Source: an uncultured Clostridia bacterium (GTDB taxonomy: Bacteria > Bacillota > Clostridia > TANB77 > CAG-465). From it: 64,000 nucleotides of DNA. Where the stretch lies: NCBI GenBank assembly GCA_947631415.1, contig CANRLG010000002.1, positions 15,661-79,660 on the forward strand. Direction: 5' to 3'. The notes under the pieces were generated by a model that did no database searches, had not been told where the DNA came from, and saw only the letters and a program-made list of their open reading frames with translations. Shown in pieces: positions 49,346 through 60,426 of the stretch. Position numbers and translations under genes: made by a program. Every line of letters begins with the position of its first letter. The first letter of the stretch is position 1.

Positions 49346-49361
49346 AAAGGTGATTTTTTTG
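49336..49361 (+). terminator. intrinsic terminator overlapping the 3' end of the serpin-like gene; may also serve the convergent nth gene
   Basis: aatcacc...ggtgatt hairpin followed by T7. Confidence 0.45.
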
Positions 49362-49363
49362 TG

Positions 49364-50011
49364 CTAATTATTCTTATTACATAAGTGATTAATTGAACAT
49401 TTATCACATTGAGGTCTATTTGCTATACAAATTTCACGGCCATGAAGTACAAGTACATGATTTAAGTCTTCCCAATATTTTTTATCTAGTAATTTTAATA
49501 GTTCATTTTCTATTTCAACAGGATTTTTTCCATTAGATAATCCAATTTTTCTAGAAATTCTAGTAACATGTGTGTCCACTGCAATTCCTTCACAAATACC
49601 AAATCCCTCAAGCATAACAATATTTGCAGATTTTCTTCCAATGCCACAGAGTTTTTGTACTTCATTTATATCACAAGGAACTTTACCATTGAAATCATCC
49701 ATTACTATTCTTGCACTTTCTTTAATTGAGTGAGCTTTATTGTTATAAAAACCACAAGGTTTAACAATCTTTTTAATATCTTCTATATCTGCATTTTTTA
49801 AATCTTCAATTGTTGGATATTTAGAAAATAAAATAGGAGTAACTTCATTTACTCTTTTATCTGTACATTGAGCTGCAAGAATTAAGGCTACCACAAGCTC
49901 AAATGGAGTAGAGAAGTGTAGACCTACTTCTTTGCCCTCATACTCTTTTATTAATATTTTTACAATTTCTTCTGCTTGTTTTTTACTTTGTTTTTTATAT
50001 TTCATACTCAC
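49364..50011 (-). CDS. nth: endonuclease III (Nth), a HhH-GPD DNA glycosylase with a [4Fe-4S] cluster
   Basis: HhH-GPD motif (LCGIGRKSANIV) and C-terminal C-x6-C-x2-C-x5-C (CIANRPQCDKCSINHLC). Confidence 0.85.
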   Translation of the reverse strand: MSMKYKKQSKKQAEEIVKILIKEYEGKEVGLHFSTPFELVVALILAAQCTDKRVNEVTPILFSKYPTIEDLKNADIEDIKKIVKPCGFYNNKAHSIKESARIVMDDFNGKVPCDINEVQKLCGIGRKSANIVMLEGFGICEGIAVDTHVTRISRKIGLSNGKNPVEIENELLKLLDKKYWEDLNHVLVLHGREICIANRPQCDKCSINHLCNKNN

Positions 50012-50091
50012 AATAATTTCTCCTAGTCATAATATATAGTAGTCATTGTACAATAATTTATTATTTTTGTCAAAAAGAGGAGGAATGTGAA

Positions 50092-50244
50092 ATGTTTACC
50101 AGTGGCTTTAGAAAAACTATAGGATTATTTTTATTCTCGTTTGGAATAGGAGTAGGGGTAAGTTTAATACTTCCTTCTTGGGGTTGGGTAGCAATATGTG
50201 CAATAGCAGTTGCTGTGTTTGGAATTACATGGCTGTTTTGTTAA
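50092..50244 (+). CDS. small hydrophobic peptide (50 aa; predicted 1-2 TM helices)
   Basis: ATG at 50092 with a strong RBS (agaggagga). Sequence MFTSGFRKTIGLFLFSFGIGVGVSLILPSWGWVAICAIAVAVFGITWLFC. Not in the ORF track because it is under 60 aa. Confidence 0.35.
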   Translation: MFTSGFRKTIGLFLFSFGIGVGVSLILPSWGWVAICAIAVAVFGITWLFC

Positions 50245-50258
50245 AAGGAGGAATAATA

Positions 50259-50327
50259 ATGAAAGTAGTTATATATACACCTGGAAAATTAATGAAACTA
50301 ATATTAAAATCTATATTTAAAATATAA
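50259..50327 (+). CDS. 22-aa peptide ORF with a strong RBS (MKVVIYTPGKLMKLILKSIFKI); possibly co-transcribed with 50092..50244
   Basis: aaaggaggaataat precedes the ATG. A dedicated terminator follows. Confidence 0.2.
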   Translation: MKVVIYTPGKLMKLILKSIFKI

Positions 50328-50340
50328 TTGAAATTGAGTT

Positions 50341-50371
50341 AGATAGTATAGGAATATACTATCTTTTTTTG
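50341..50371 (+). terminator. intrinsic terminator for the small-peptide transcription unit
   Basis: agatagtata ggaa tatactatct perfect 10-bp stem followed by T7. Confidence 0.55.
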
Positions 50372-50373
50372 AC

Positions 50374-50400
50374 AAAAAAAAAGAAACCATTTCAGGTTTC
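50374..50400 (-). terminator. intrinsic terminator downstream of rpmB
   Basis: gaaacc attt caggtttc hairpin with a T-run on the minus strand (A9 on the plus strand). Confidence 0.5.
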
Positions 50401-50421
50401 TATATATCACTACTAAGATTA

Positions 50422-50607
50422 TTAAGCTCTTTCAACTTTTCCACTTCTTAAACATCTAGTACAAACATTCATTTTTTTAGGTGTTCCATTAACATTTACT
50501 CTTACTGATTGAACATTTGGTTTAAATGTTCTAGCTGTTCTTCTGTGAGAGTGACTCACTTGTAGTGAATAATTTACTTCTTTATCACAAATTTCACATT
50601 TTGCCAT
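50422..50607 (-). CDS. rpmB: 50S ribosomal protein L28
   Basis: MAKCEICDKE...VSHSHRRTARTFKPNVQSVRV..NG..KKMNVCTRCLRSGKV matches the L28 family. Length 61 aa. Confidence 0.85.
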   Translation of the reverse strand: MAKCEICDKEVNYSLQVSHSHRRTARTFKPNVQSVRVNVNGTPKKMNVCTRCLRSGKVERA

Positions 50608-50692
50608 TTTACAAGCCCCCTTTTCTTATTCGAATAAGTTAATTACTCAAATATTTTAACATAATCTTTTCAAATAATCAAGAACTTATGTA

Positions 50693-50726
50693 AAAAAATA
50701 AGGTAATTTAAGAAAATTACCTTATC
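50693..50726 (-). terminator. putative intrinsic terminator downstream of pyk
   Basis: aaggtaattt...aaattacctt hairpin with a minus-strand T-run. Confidence 0.4.
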
Positions 50727-50747
50727 TTAAGGAGTATAAAAGTATAT

Positions 50748-52208
50748 TTATACTCTAACAATTTTACCAGTGATTTCATCTTCTAGTGATTTTCCGTTTA
50801 AGAATCCACCACTTAGAACTACTGTATCATTATCTTTTAAATATCCTTTTTCTTTTAACATAGAAATTCCTTTATTAAGAATTGTGTTGAAATCTGATTC
50901 TCCTTCAACTAAAACTGGAGTTACGTTATTTTCTACAGCAGCAAGTCTATAAGTAGCTTTGCTTGGAGTTATAACATAAATTGGGCATCCAATTCTAAAA
51001 CTTGAAAGAATTGATGGAGTAGTACCATCTTCAGATACTGCAACAACAGCATTTGCTTCTGAGAATAGAGCAGAGCAACATACAGAGAAGTTTGCTTTTG
51101 TTTTAAGGTCTTTTTCAGTTGTTTTACAACAATCTTCATCCCAACAAGCTTTTTCTAGATTATATTTTTTAAATCTATTCCAATAATGAATTTCTTTTTC
51201 AACTGTATTTGAAATTCTTGTCATTGTTTCTACACAGTTTAGAGGATAATCTCCTCCAGCAGTTTCTCCAGATAACATTATTGCAGAAGTTCCATCATAA
51301 ATTGCGTTGGCAACATCAGAAACTTCAGCTCTTGTTGGTCTAGGATTTTTTTGCATAGATTCAAGCATTTGTGTTGCAGTTATAACTGGCTTACCAGCTT
51401 TTATAGTCTTTTTAATCATCATTTTTTGAGCTACTGGTACATTTTCTTCAGGAATTTCAACTCCTAAATCTCCACGAGCTACCATTATACCATCACTGAC
51501 TTTAAGAATTTCATCAAAATTATCTAAACCTTCTTGGTTTTCAATTTTTGAAATTATTTTAATATGATTTTCTCCACAAGAATTTAAGAATTCTCTCATA
51601 TCAATAACATCTTGTGCTTTTCTAATGAAAGAAGCAGCAACGAAATCAAAATCGTTTTCTACAGCAAATCTTAAATCATCTTTGTCTTTTTCAGTCATTG
51701 CTTTAAGTTGTAGTTTAGCACCTGGTACGTTAACTCCACGTCTACCTTTTAATACAGCAGAGTTTTGGAATGTACATTTAATTTCATTTCCGTTTATTTC
51801 ATCAATAAGAAGGTCAACTAAACCATCATCTATTAATATATGTCCACCAACTTCTACATCTTCAGGAAGTTTATTATAATTTACATATAGTAAATCTTTA
51901 GTTCCTTCTACTTCTTCTGTTGTTAGAGTAATTTTGTCTCCTTTAGTGAAAGACATTTTTGTGTTTTGATCACTACCAAAAGATCCTGTTCTAATTTCTG
52001 GTCCTTTAGTGTCAAGTAAGAATGCAGTGTTTGTTCCAAGTTCTTCATTAATTTCTCTTAATGTTTTTACTTTGGCAAAGTGTTCTGCGTGATCACCATG
52101 AGAAAAGTTTAATCTCATTACGTTCATTCCAGCTTTTACAAGAGAAGTTAAAACTTCTTTGTTTTCACTAGCTGGTCCAATAGTACAAACAATTTTAGTT
52201 CTTTTCAT
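50748..52208 (-). CDS. pyk: pyruvate kinase
   Basis: N-terminus KIVCTIGPAS, plus MNVMRLNFSHG and the PK signature IISKIENQEGL. Length 486 aa. Confidence 0.9.
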   Translation of the reverse strand: MKRTKIVCTIGPASENKEVLTSLVKAGMNVMRLNFSHGDHAEHFAKVKTLREINEELGTNTAFLLDTKGPEIRTGSFGSDQNTKMSFTKGDKITLTTEEVEGTKDLLYVNYNKLPEDVEVGGHILIDDGLVDLLIDEINGNEIKCTFQNSAVLKGRRGVNVPGAKLQLKAMTEKDKDDLRFAVENDFDFVAASFIRKAQDVIDMREFLNSCGENHIKIISKIENQEGLDNFDEILKVSDGIMVARGDLGVEIPEENVPVAQKMMIKKTIKAGKPVITATQMLESMQKNPRPTRAEVSDVANAIYDGTSAIMLSGETAGGDYPLNCVETMTRISNTVEKEIHYWNRFKKYNLEKACWDEDCCKTTEKDLKTKANFSVCCSALFSEANAVVAVSEDGTTPSILSSFRIGCPIYVITPSKATYRLAAVENNVTPVLVEGESDFNTILNKGISMLKEKGYLKDNDTVVLSGGFLNGKSLEDEITGKIVRV

Positions 52209-52413
52209 CTTTTACATCTCCTTAAATTAAAATTTGCAAAATACTCTAAAGTATCTTGCTTGACCATTAATAAGTATACATTTTAAAACTTAAAAAGTCA
52301 ACATTTTAATGCAAAAAAAAGTAAAAAAAGAAGAAACTAAAAGCCTTTATAACTTGAAAAAATAACATAATTATTGTATAATGCTATATGTATCAATTTA
52401 GATATAGAAAGGA

Positions 52414-52917
52414 ATGAAAAAAATGACAGCTTCTTTAGAAGAATATTTGAAAACAATTTATATACTTTTAAATCAAGCAGATAGTGCAAGAGTTACAGAT
52501 ATTGCTAATGAGCTTGGCTATTCAAAACCAAGTGTAAATAGAGCTTTAAAAGTGTTAAAAGAAGAAGGTTATATTTGTTACGAAGCATATAAAAGCATTA
52601 AACTTACAGATAAGGGAACAGAAGTGGCTAAAAAAATTGTAAGGTCACAAATTGCTATTGAATCATTTTTATCAGATATTTTAAAAGTAGATGAAAAACG
52701 TGCAAAAGAAGAAGCTAACATTATGAGACATGCAGTTTCAGAAGATACAATAGAAAAATTTGAAAATTACGTAAAAGAATTTATAGATATTGAACAAAAG
52801 GAATGTGCATTATATAATCCTAATAGTCAAAAATGTAAAATATGTAGAACAGGAAAAAGCATTAAATATAGATTAAACGTAGAAAAAGAGGTGCTAAATA
52901 ATGGAATTAAAAAGTAA
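52414..52917 (+). CDS. DtxR/MntR-family metal-dependent transcriptional regulator with a Cys-containing C-terminal extension
   Basis: N-terminal wHTH typical of DtxR (EEYLKTIYIL...ARVTDIANELGYSKPSVNRALKVLKEEGYI), then the dimerisation/metal-binding region and a C-terminus ...CALYNPNSQKCKICRTGKS. Confidence 0.7.
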   Translation: MKKMTASLEEYLKTIYILLNQADSARVTDIANELGYSKPSVNRALKVLKEEGYICYEAYKSIKLTDKGTEVAKKIVRSQIAIESFLSDILKVDEKRAKEEANIMRHAVSEDTIEKFENYVKEFIDIEQKECALYNPNSQKCKICRTGKSIKYRLNVEKEVLNNGIKK

Positions 52918-54421
52918 CCAGTTTATAATTAACCTTGATACTATAAAAAATGAAGGGGATAGTAAACTAGAAAAATATGCAAAAGATGAACAAATAGATG
53001 TAGATAGTGTTATTAGAATAATACTTAGTGAAGCAGAAAGAAATAAAATAAAAAATGTAGCAAAAGTTACTTTTCAAATGCTTGAAGATGATAATATTAA
53101 AATAATTGTTGAAAAAGTGGAAAATGAGAAGAAAGAAATCGTTATTTTTCCTTATAATAAAATAAAATGTGGAGATAAAGAAATAATTTTAGAAGATTTT
53201 GTAGGAAAAATAACATTATATAATAAAGAAGATAAAAATATATCGGTTACTATTGATGGAGTGTCTTTGAATTTATTTTCAATGACATATAAAAAAGCTA
53301 CCGAACTATTATGTAATATCTCGGATAGGAGAGGTAAAAATAATTATCTAAAATTTGAAGATAATATTGCATATAAAGAATTTGGTATTGTTGTAAAAAA
53401 TAAGATTAATTCAGAAGATATAGAATTTATAGAAGTATATAATAAAGAAGAAATACAGTTGCATTATGAGTTTGTTGAACAAAAATATGATGTAGATATT
53501 ACTAAAGTTGGAACTTCACTTGAATATAAAGTACCTGAATTTAATCCAGCTCCAATACTTGAAGAAACTAAAAAAATAGATGAAAAAGAGAAACTACTTG
53601 AAGATAAACTTTTTGAAAAACTAAAGAAATTTAATAAAGTAGAAGAGGTAGAAACAAAAGAAGAAAATGAAATAGAAATTGAAATTCCAGAAGAAAAGAC
53701 AGAAAAATTAAATGTAGAAGAAAATACTAATATTATAGATAGTCAAATTGAAGAACTGGTAGATTTATATGAAAAGCAAAAGCAACAACAACAAATACTT
53801 GAAGATAGAATTTCTAAAAAAATAGAGGAATTAAAACAGCTAAAACAGTCAAAAAAAGAAGATAAAGTAGTTGAAGAAAAGGTAGGTGAAGTTAAGGAAG
53901 AATTAGCACCAAAAACAATAGTTGAAACTAAAATAGATAATACGCAGGAGCCTAGTGATATTAAGACTTATATAATAGAAAGTTATAAAGGATTAAAAGA
54001 AAAAGGAAATAGTTATCTATCATTATATTTAGGTCAATCAAAAGATGATATTAGAGCATATTTTAAAACAGTACCTAAAGAGGCAAAAGATTTTGAAGAA
54101 ATGGAATTATATAATAATTTCTACGCATATTATGATGAAGAAGATAAATGTACAGGAATTGGAATATATAATCAACAAGAAAACCAAGATGAAGTAGCTG
54201 TATATTTATTTGGAAAAAATTTAATCACAATGCCATATAAAGAAATAGTAAAATTAATAAAAGACCATGATTATAAAGCGATAGAAGATGAAGATGGTAT
54301 AATTTCACTAGAGTATGGTATATCAATAGACCCTAAAGAAGAAAAGAATTACAAAGATGAAATATGTGATGTAATACATATATTCAAAAAGGGTTATTAC
54401 GATGAAGTATATAATGTTTAA
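52901..54421 (+). CDS. hypothetical protein (506 aa) with a central E/K-rich coiled-coil region. Its start overlaps the regulator's stop by 17 nt
   Basis: ATG at 52901 lies inside the DtxR-like ORF, suggesting translational coupling. No recognisable domain. Confidence 0.4.
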   Translation: MELKSNQFIINLDTIKNEGDSKLEKYAKDEQIDVDSVIRIILSEAERNKIKNVAKVTFQMLEDDNIKIIVEKVENEKKEIVIFPYNKIKCGDKEIILEDFVGKITLYNKEDKNISVTIDGVSLNLFSMTYKKATELLCNISDRRGKNNYLKFEDNIAYKEFGIVVKNKINSEDIEFIEVYNKEEIQLHYEFVEQKYDVDITKVGTSLEYKVPEFNPAPILEETKKIDEKEKLLEDKLFEKLKKFNKVEEVETKEENEIEIEIPEEKTEKLNVEENTNIIDSQIEELVDLYEKQKQQQQILEDRISKKIEELKQLKQSKKEDKVVEEKVGEVKEELAPKTIVETKIDNTQEPSDIKTYIIESYKGLKEKGNSYLSLYLGQSKDDIRAYFKTVPKEAKDFEEMELYNNFYAYYDEEDKCTGIGIYNQQENQDEVAVYLFGKNLITMPYKEIVKLIKDHDYKAIEDEDGIISLEYGISIDPKEEKNYKDEICDVIHIFKKGYYDEVYNV

Positions 54422-54427
54422 GAGAGA

Positions 54428-54460
54428 AAATGAGTTTTAAAAAGCTCATTTTTTTATTTA
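54428..54460 (+). terminator. putative intrinsic terminator between the hypothetical gene and spoIVA
   Basis: aaatgag...ctcattt 7-bp stem followed by T6. Confidence 0.4.
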
Positions 54461-54528
54461 CTTGCATTTTTTATCATAAAAATATTGGTATAGAATATAT
54501 TTTTACTAAGTTTATTTGGAGGTAAAAA

Positions 54529-56007
54529 ATGAAAGATTTAGAAATATACAAAGATATTTCCAAAAGAACAAATGGAGATATTTATATAGGAGTTGTTGGA
54601 CCTGTAAGAACTGGAAAATCAACATTTATTAAAAATTTTATGGACAGATTTGTTATTCCAAATATTGAAAATGATTATAAAAGAGATAGAGCACAAGATG
54701 AATTACCACAAAGTTCATCTGGAAAAACTATTATGACTACTGAGCCAAAATTTGTTCCAAATGAGTCAGTTGAAGTTAGTTTAGATAATAAAGTACGTTT
54801 CAAAACTAGAATGGTAGATTGTGTAGGATATTTAGTTGATGGAGCTGTTGGAGATATGGAGGGAGATAATCCAAGAATGGTGAAAACTCCGTGGTCAGAT
54901 GAAGAAATACCATTTGTAAAAGCAGCTGAGATTGGAACTAAAAGAGTAATAAATGAACATTCTACAATAGGAATAGTAGTAACTACAGATGGAAGTATTA
55001 CAGATATAGAAAGAGAAAATTATGTTGAAGCAGAAGAACGTGTAATTAATGAGTTAAAACAAATAAATAAACCATATATTGTAATTTTAAATAGTAGAAA
55101 TCCAAATTTTAATGAAACAAAAGAACTAGAGCAAGAATTATCTAATAGATATAATTCCACTGTTATGAGTTTGGATATTGAGAACATGAATGATGAAGAT
55201 TTCTCAAATATATTTGAAAGAGTTTTAGAAGAATTTCCAGTAACCGAAATTTCTTTTGATTTACCAGAATGGTTTAACATTTTAAATCTAAATCATTGGT
55301 TAAAACAAGATATAATATCTTTAGTAAAAGATAATTTTAGTGATGAATTTTCAGTTCGTGAAATTAAAAATATTATTTCTAAACTAGAAAGTAATGAAAA
55401 TTTTAAAACTATAAATATTGAAGATATAAACATGGAGAATGGATATATAAGAATAAATATGGAAATTTCTCCTAATGTTTTTTATAAGATACTCAGCGAG
55501 TCTTCAGATTTTAATGTGGAAAATGAGGCAGATATATATAAACTATTAACAGAATACTCAAATGCTAAAAAAGATTATGATAAAATAGCTATGGCGTTAG
55601 ATGAAGTAAAGGCAAAAGGATATGGAATTATAAGTCCAGGAATTGATGAATTAACACTTGAAGAACCAGAAATTGTTAAGCAAGGAAATAAGTATGGAAT
55701 TAAATTGAAAGCATCTGCTCCTTCAATTCATTTACTAAAAGCAAATATAGAAACAGAAGTATCACCAATTGTTGGAAGTGAGAAGCAATCTGAAGATTTA
55801 GTAAAATATTTATTGTCTGAATTTGAAAATGACCCTAAGAAGATATGGGAGTCTAATATATTTGGAAAATCACTTCATGAACTTGTAAATGAAGGACTAA
55901 ATAATAAACTATATAGAATGCCAGATGAAGCACAAATTAAACTTCAAGAAACATTAGAAAAAATAATAAATGAGGGTAGTGGTGGCTTAATTTGTATTAT
56001 TCTATAG
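54529..56007 (+). CDS. spoIVA: stage IV sporulation protein A (SpoIVA), spore-coat morphogenetic ATPase
   Basis: N-terminus DIYIGVVGPVRTGKSTFIK (Walker A) and overall collinearity with SpoIVA. Length 492 aa. Confidence 0.9.
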   Translation: MKDLEIYKDISKRTNGDIYIGVVGPVRTGKSTFIKNFMDRFVIPNIENDYKRDRAQDELPQSSSGKTIMTTEPKFVPNESVEVSLDNKVRFKTRMVDCVGYLVDGAVGDMEGDNPRMVKTPWSDEEIPFVKAAEIGTKRVINEHSTIGIVVTTDGSITDIERENYVEAEERVINELKQINKPYIVILNSRNPNFNETKELEQELSNRYNSTVMSLDIENMNDEDFSNIFERVLEEFPVTEISFDLPEWFNILNLNHWLKQDIISLVKDNFSDEFSVREIKNIISKLESNENFKTINIEDINMENGYIRINMEISPNVFYKILSESSDFNVENEADIYKLLTEYSNAKKDYDKIAMALDEVKAKGYGIISPGIDELTLEEPEIVKQGNKYGIKLKASAPSIHLLKANIETEVSPIVGSEKQSEDLVKYLLSEFENDPKKIWESNIFGKSLHELVNEGLNNKLYRMPDEAQIKLQETLEKIINEGSGGLICIIL

Positions 56008-56126
56008 ATAGTTTTTTGTTGCAATAACATAAGAAAATATAGCTTATTATTTTGAAATATTTATGTTTGCTAAATTCCTTGACAAATAGAAAAATAATGG
56101 TAAAATTGTTAGGGTAAGGGGGAATT

Positions 56127-57074
56127 TTGTCAAATAATATGGAAATAGCTGCTTTAATATGTAATGAAAAATTAGATATTGAATCTGCTTTAAAAACATA
56201 TTCTATTTTCAAGTGCTTGAAAGATACAGGAAATCAGATACAGATTATAGATTATAATTATATTAATGCAGATGAAAAAAATATATTTAGTAAGATAAAA
56301 AGTAAAAAGTTATACAATTTTTTAGATAAAAACATTATATTCACAGCCAGAAGGTATGAATCTATTGAACAATTAGAGGATGATTATCCTTTGGCAGATA
56401 ATTTTTTAGAAGTTAATCCAAAGCAGAGTGAATTAGATATTTTTCCTAAAAATAAATGTATTGTATACGGAGTAAAAGATATAAATAGATACTATATTGA
56501 TAGTATGAAAGAGGGATTTAAGGCTTTTTATACAGAACAAGAATTCGAAAATGAAGAAAATGAGAGGGTAGTAGACCCACTCTTTTTACTTTCAAATGAG
56601 CAATGGCAAGAATTTGGAGAAAAATCACTATTATCAGATAAATCTAAAGATTATGTTTTGATATATGCTAAAGAAGTTAGCAAAGAAATGTTGATTTATG
56701 CTAAAAATATCGCACAAGCTAAAAAGGTAAAAATATATATAGTAACAGATAAGATGGAATGCTTATTGTATAGAGGAAAAAGAATTTTAAATCCAACTCC
56801 AGCTGATATAGTAAAGTTAATTTACAATGCAACTGATGTTATAACTTCAAAAAATGATGGAATAAAACTATCATTTCTATTTGGAAAAAAAATACATATA
56901 TTTTTTGATTCTAAGAATGAATTACAGATGGAATTAATAAATGGGTTGAAACTATTAGATAGAATAGTAACATCTCAAGATAGAGTTATTTTAAAAGATG
57001 TTGAAAAAAATGAAATGTCTCTTAAAATTGAACTTTTAAGAGAAAAGTCTTTAAGACTTTTAAGAAACGAATAA
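56127..57074 (+). CDS. polysaccharide pyruvyl transferase-family-like protein. Tentative
   Basis: C-terminal region (ATDVITSKNDGIKLSFLFGKKIHIFFDSKNE) resembles the CsaB/pyruvyl transferase motif TD.RLH..IL..L.G.P.I.I.YD.K. Otherwise unassigned. Confidence 0.35.
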   Translation: MSNNMEIAALICNEKLDIESALKTYSIFKCLKDTGNQIQIIDYNYINADEKNIFSKIKSKKLYNFLDKNIIFTARRYESIEQLEDDYPLADNFLEVNPKQSELDIFPKNKCIVYGVKDINRYYIDSMKEGFKAFYTEQEFENEENERVVDPLFLLSNEQWQEFGEKSLLSDKSKDYVLIYAKEVSKEMLIYAKNIAQAKKVKIYIVTDKMECLLYRGKRILNPTPADIVKLIYNATDVITSKNDGIKLSFLFGKKIHIFFDSKNELQMELINGLKLLDRIVTSQDRVILKDVEKNEMSLKIELLREKSLRLLRNE

Positions 57075-57103
57075 ATCTACGGATTACCCGTAGATTTTTT
57101 TAT
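57075..57103 (+). terminator. intrinsic terminator after the pyruvyl transferase-like gene
   Basis: atctacgg attac ccgtagat hairpin followed by T8. Confidence 0.55.
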
Positions 57104-57732
57104 TTTCCAAAAAAGCTTGTTAAATTTTTTAGTGAACTGAATAAACTAACTAGTAATATTATTCCAAGAATTATTAGAATAAAGATATCACTTCCCATAC
57201 CTCTTAATTTAGCGAAGAAGTATGACATTTTTTCTTTTCTATTTAGTTCATTTATTTGTTCTTGAGTCATTCCAGCATAAGGATTATAGTTTTGTTGATT
57301 AGCATTATGACCAAAAGTAGGACCCTCCTCATACTCATCTGCATATCCATTATTTGTATATTGATTATTTTGTTGGTAGTAACCTGTCTGTTGATTTTCG
57401 TAATTTCCAGTAAGTCTTGCAATATAATCATTTTTTTGTGCAATAACTTGTTTTAAATAATCGTTTTCTTCTTTTATAGTCTGAAGCATAGAAGCATTTC
57501 CGCCAGTTTTTTCACTTTCTGCAAGTTCTTCATCATACTTTGCTCTTGCAGCATCATCATTTAAAACAGTATATGCTTCAGTATATTCTTTACATTTTTC
57601 TTCTGCTTTAGTTTTTTCTTCACCTTGAAATAAATCTGGATGATTTGCTTTCATAAGAAGTTTAAAGACCTTATTTATAGTGTCTTTTGAAGCTTTTTTA
57701 TTAACTTCTAATATTTCATAATAATCTTTCAT
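57100..57732 (-). CDS. J-domain (DnaJ-like) protein with a Q/N/Y-rich low-complexity linker and a C-terminal TM anchor
   Basis: N-terminal J-domain (DYYEILEV...HPD). Low-complexity region GYYQQNNQYTNNGY. C-terminal hydrophobic segment FILIILGIILLVSLF. Confidence 0.7.
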   Translation of the reverse strand: MKDYYEILEVNKKASKDTINKVFKLLMKANHPDLFQGEEKTKAEEKCKEYTEAYTVLNDDAARAKYDEELAESEKTGGNASMLQTIKEENDYLKQVIAQKNDYIARLTGNYENQQTGYYQQNNQYTNNGYADEYEEGPTFGHNANQQNYNPYAGMTQEQINELNRKEKMSYFFAKLRGMGSDIFILIILGIILLVSLFSSLKNLTSFFGK

Positions 57733-57876
57733 AATACAATCCTCATTAACTTATAAATTTATTGTACTTTAAAGTTAAATTAAAGTCAAGTGTGGAAAAA
57801 AAGGACAAAAATAATTTTTTTGAAATTTTATGTTGAAATAAACATTTTGTTATAATATAATTACAAAATATATTAG

Positions 57877-59517
<1,641 letters not shown>

Positions 59518-59581
59518 TTTTATTGAAATAGTTTTTTTTATAGTATATCATATAACTATGTTTGTATAGGAGGTTAGTACA

Positions 59582-59944
59582 ATGGTTACAGAAAGAAATA
59601 TTGTCGTTCAAGTTATACTTTCAATTATTACATGTGGTATATATGGAATTTATTGGTTTATCACATTAACAGATGATGCTGCTCTAGAGGCAGGAGATAC
59701 TGAATTTTCAGGAGGAAAATCATTCTTATTCTCATTAATAACATGTGGAATTTATACATGGTATTGGTATTATAAAATGGGAAAAACAATGTATACTGCA
59801 GGTCAAAAAAATGGTGTTGACATTTCAGATAATTCAGTACTTTATATAATATTAGGTATTTTTGGATTAGGAATTGTAGATTACTGTATTATTCAAAGCG
59901 ACTTAAATAAATTAGCCGTTAAAGATAATCCAGTTGCACAATAA
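59582..59944 (+). CDS. small membrane protein of the DUF4234 type
   Basis: Two copies of the ITCGIY.(I/T)(Y/W)W motif in predicted TM helices. Confidence 0.55.
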   Translation: MVTERNIVVQVILSIITCGIYGIYWFITLTDDAALEAGDTEFSGGKSFLFSLITCGIYTWYWYYKMGKTMYTAGQKNGVDISDNSVLYIILGIFGLGIVDYCIIQSDLNKLAVKDNPVAQ

Positions 59945-60332
59945 TTATATGACAAAAACATATAAAAAAATATTTATTGGAAGTATTATTGCATGTATTG
60001 TAACATTGGTATTGATATACCGTGTTACAATACCATGCCCTATTAAAACATTTACAGGTCTTTATTGTCCTGGTTGTGGTATTACGCGTGCAATATTTGC
60101 ATTGTTAGATGGTCAACTATATCAAGCATATAGATATAATTCAATTTTGTTTATTGATATACCAATTGTTTTGTTTTTGGAAATTTTTGAAAAATTATTT
60201 GGTAAAAATAATAAAAAAATAAAATGTATATCAAATATAATTTTGAATATATTATTAGTTATAACTATTTTGTATGGTGTTTTAAGAAATATTCCGTCCT
60301 TTTCCTATTTGGCACCAACACAGGTCGGTTAG
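59934..60332 (+). CDS. DUF2752-type membrane protein (CP..CPGCGITRA motif)
   Basis: Motif TIPCPIKTFTGLYCPGCGITRA. The start is likely ATG at 59952. Confidence 0.5.
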   Translation: MHNNYMTKTYKKIFIGSIIACIVTLVLIYRVTIPCPIKTFTGLYCPGCGITRAIFALLDGQLYQAYRYNSILFIDIPIVLFLEIFEKLFGKNNKKIKCISNIILNILLVITILYGVLRNIPSFSYLAPTQVG

Positions 60333-60426
60333 GAGTAGATTTAATCTATTCCTATTTTTTTCTTGTATTTTTGAGGACTTTATAGTAAAATATTATGTAG
60401 TTTGAAGATAATGGAGATGATTATAT

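Noticed and set aside
54461-54528. Sigma-E type promoter for spoIVA
   Set aside because: An ATATT-like -35 is present, but I could not find a convincing CATACA-T -10 at correct spacing. I left it uncalled.
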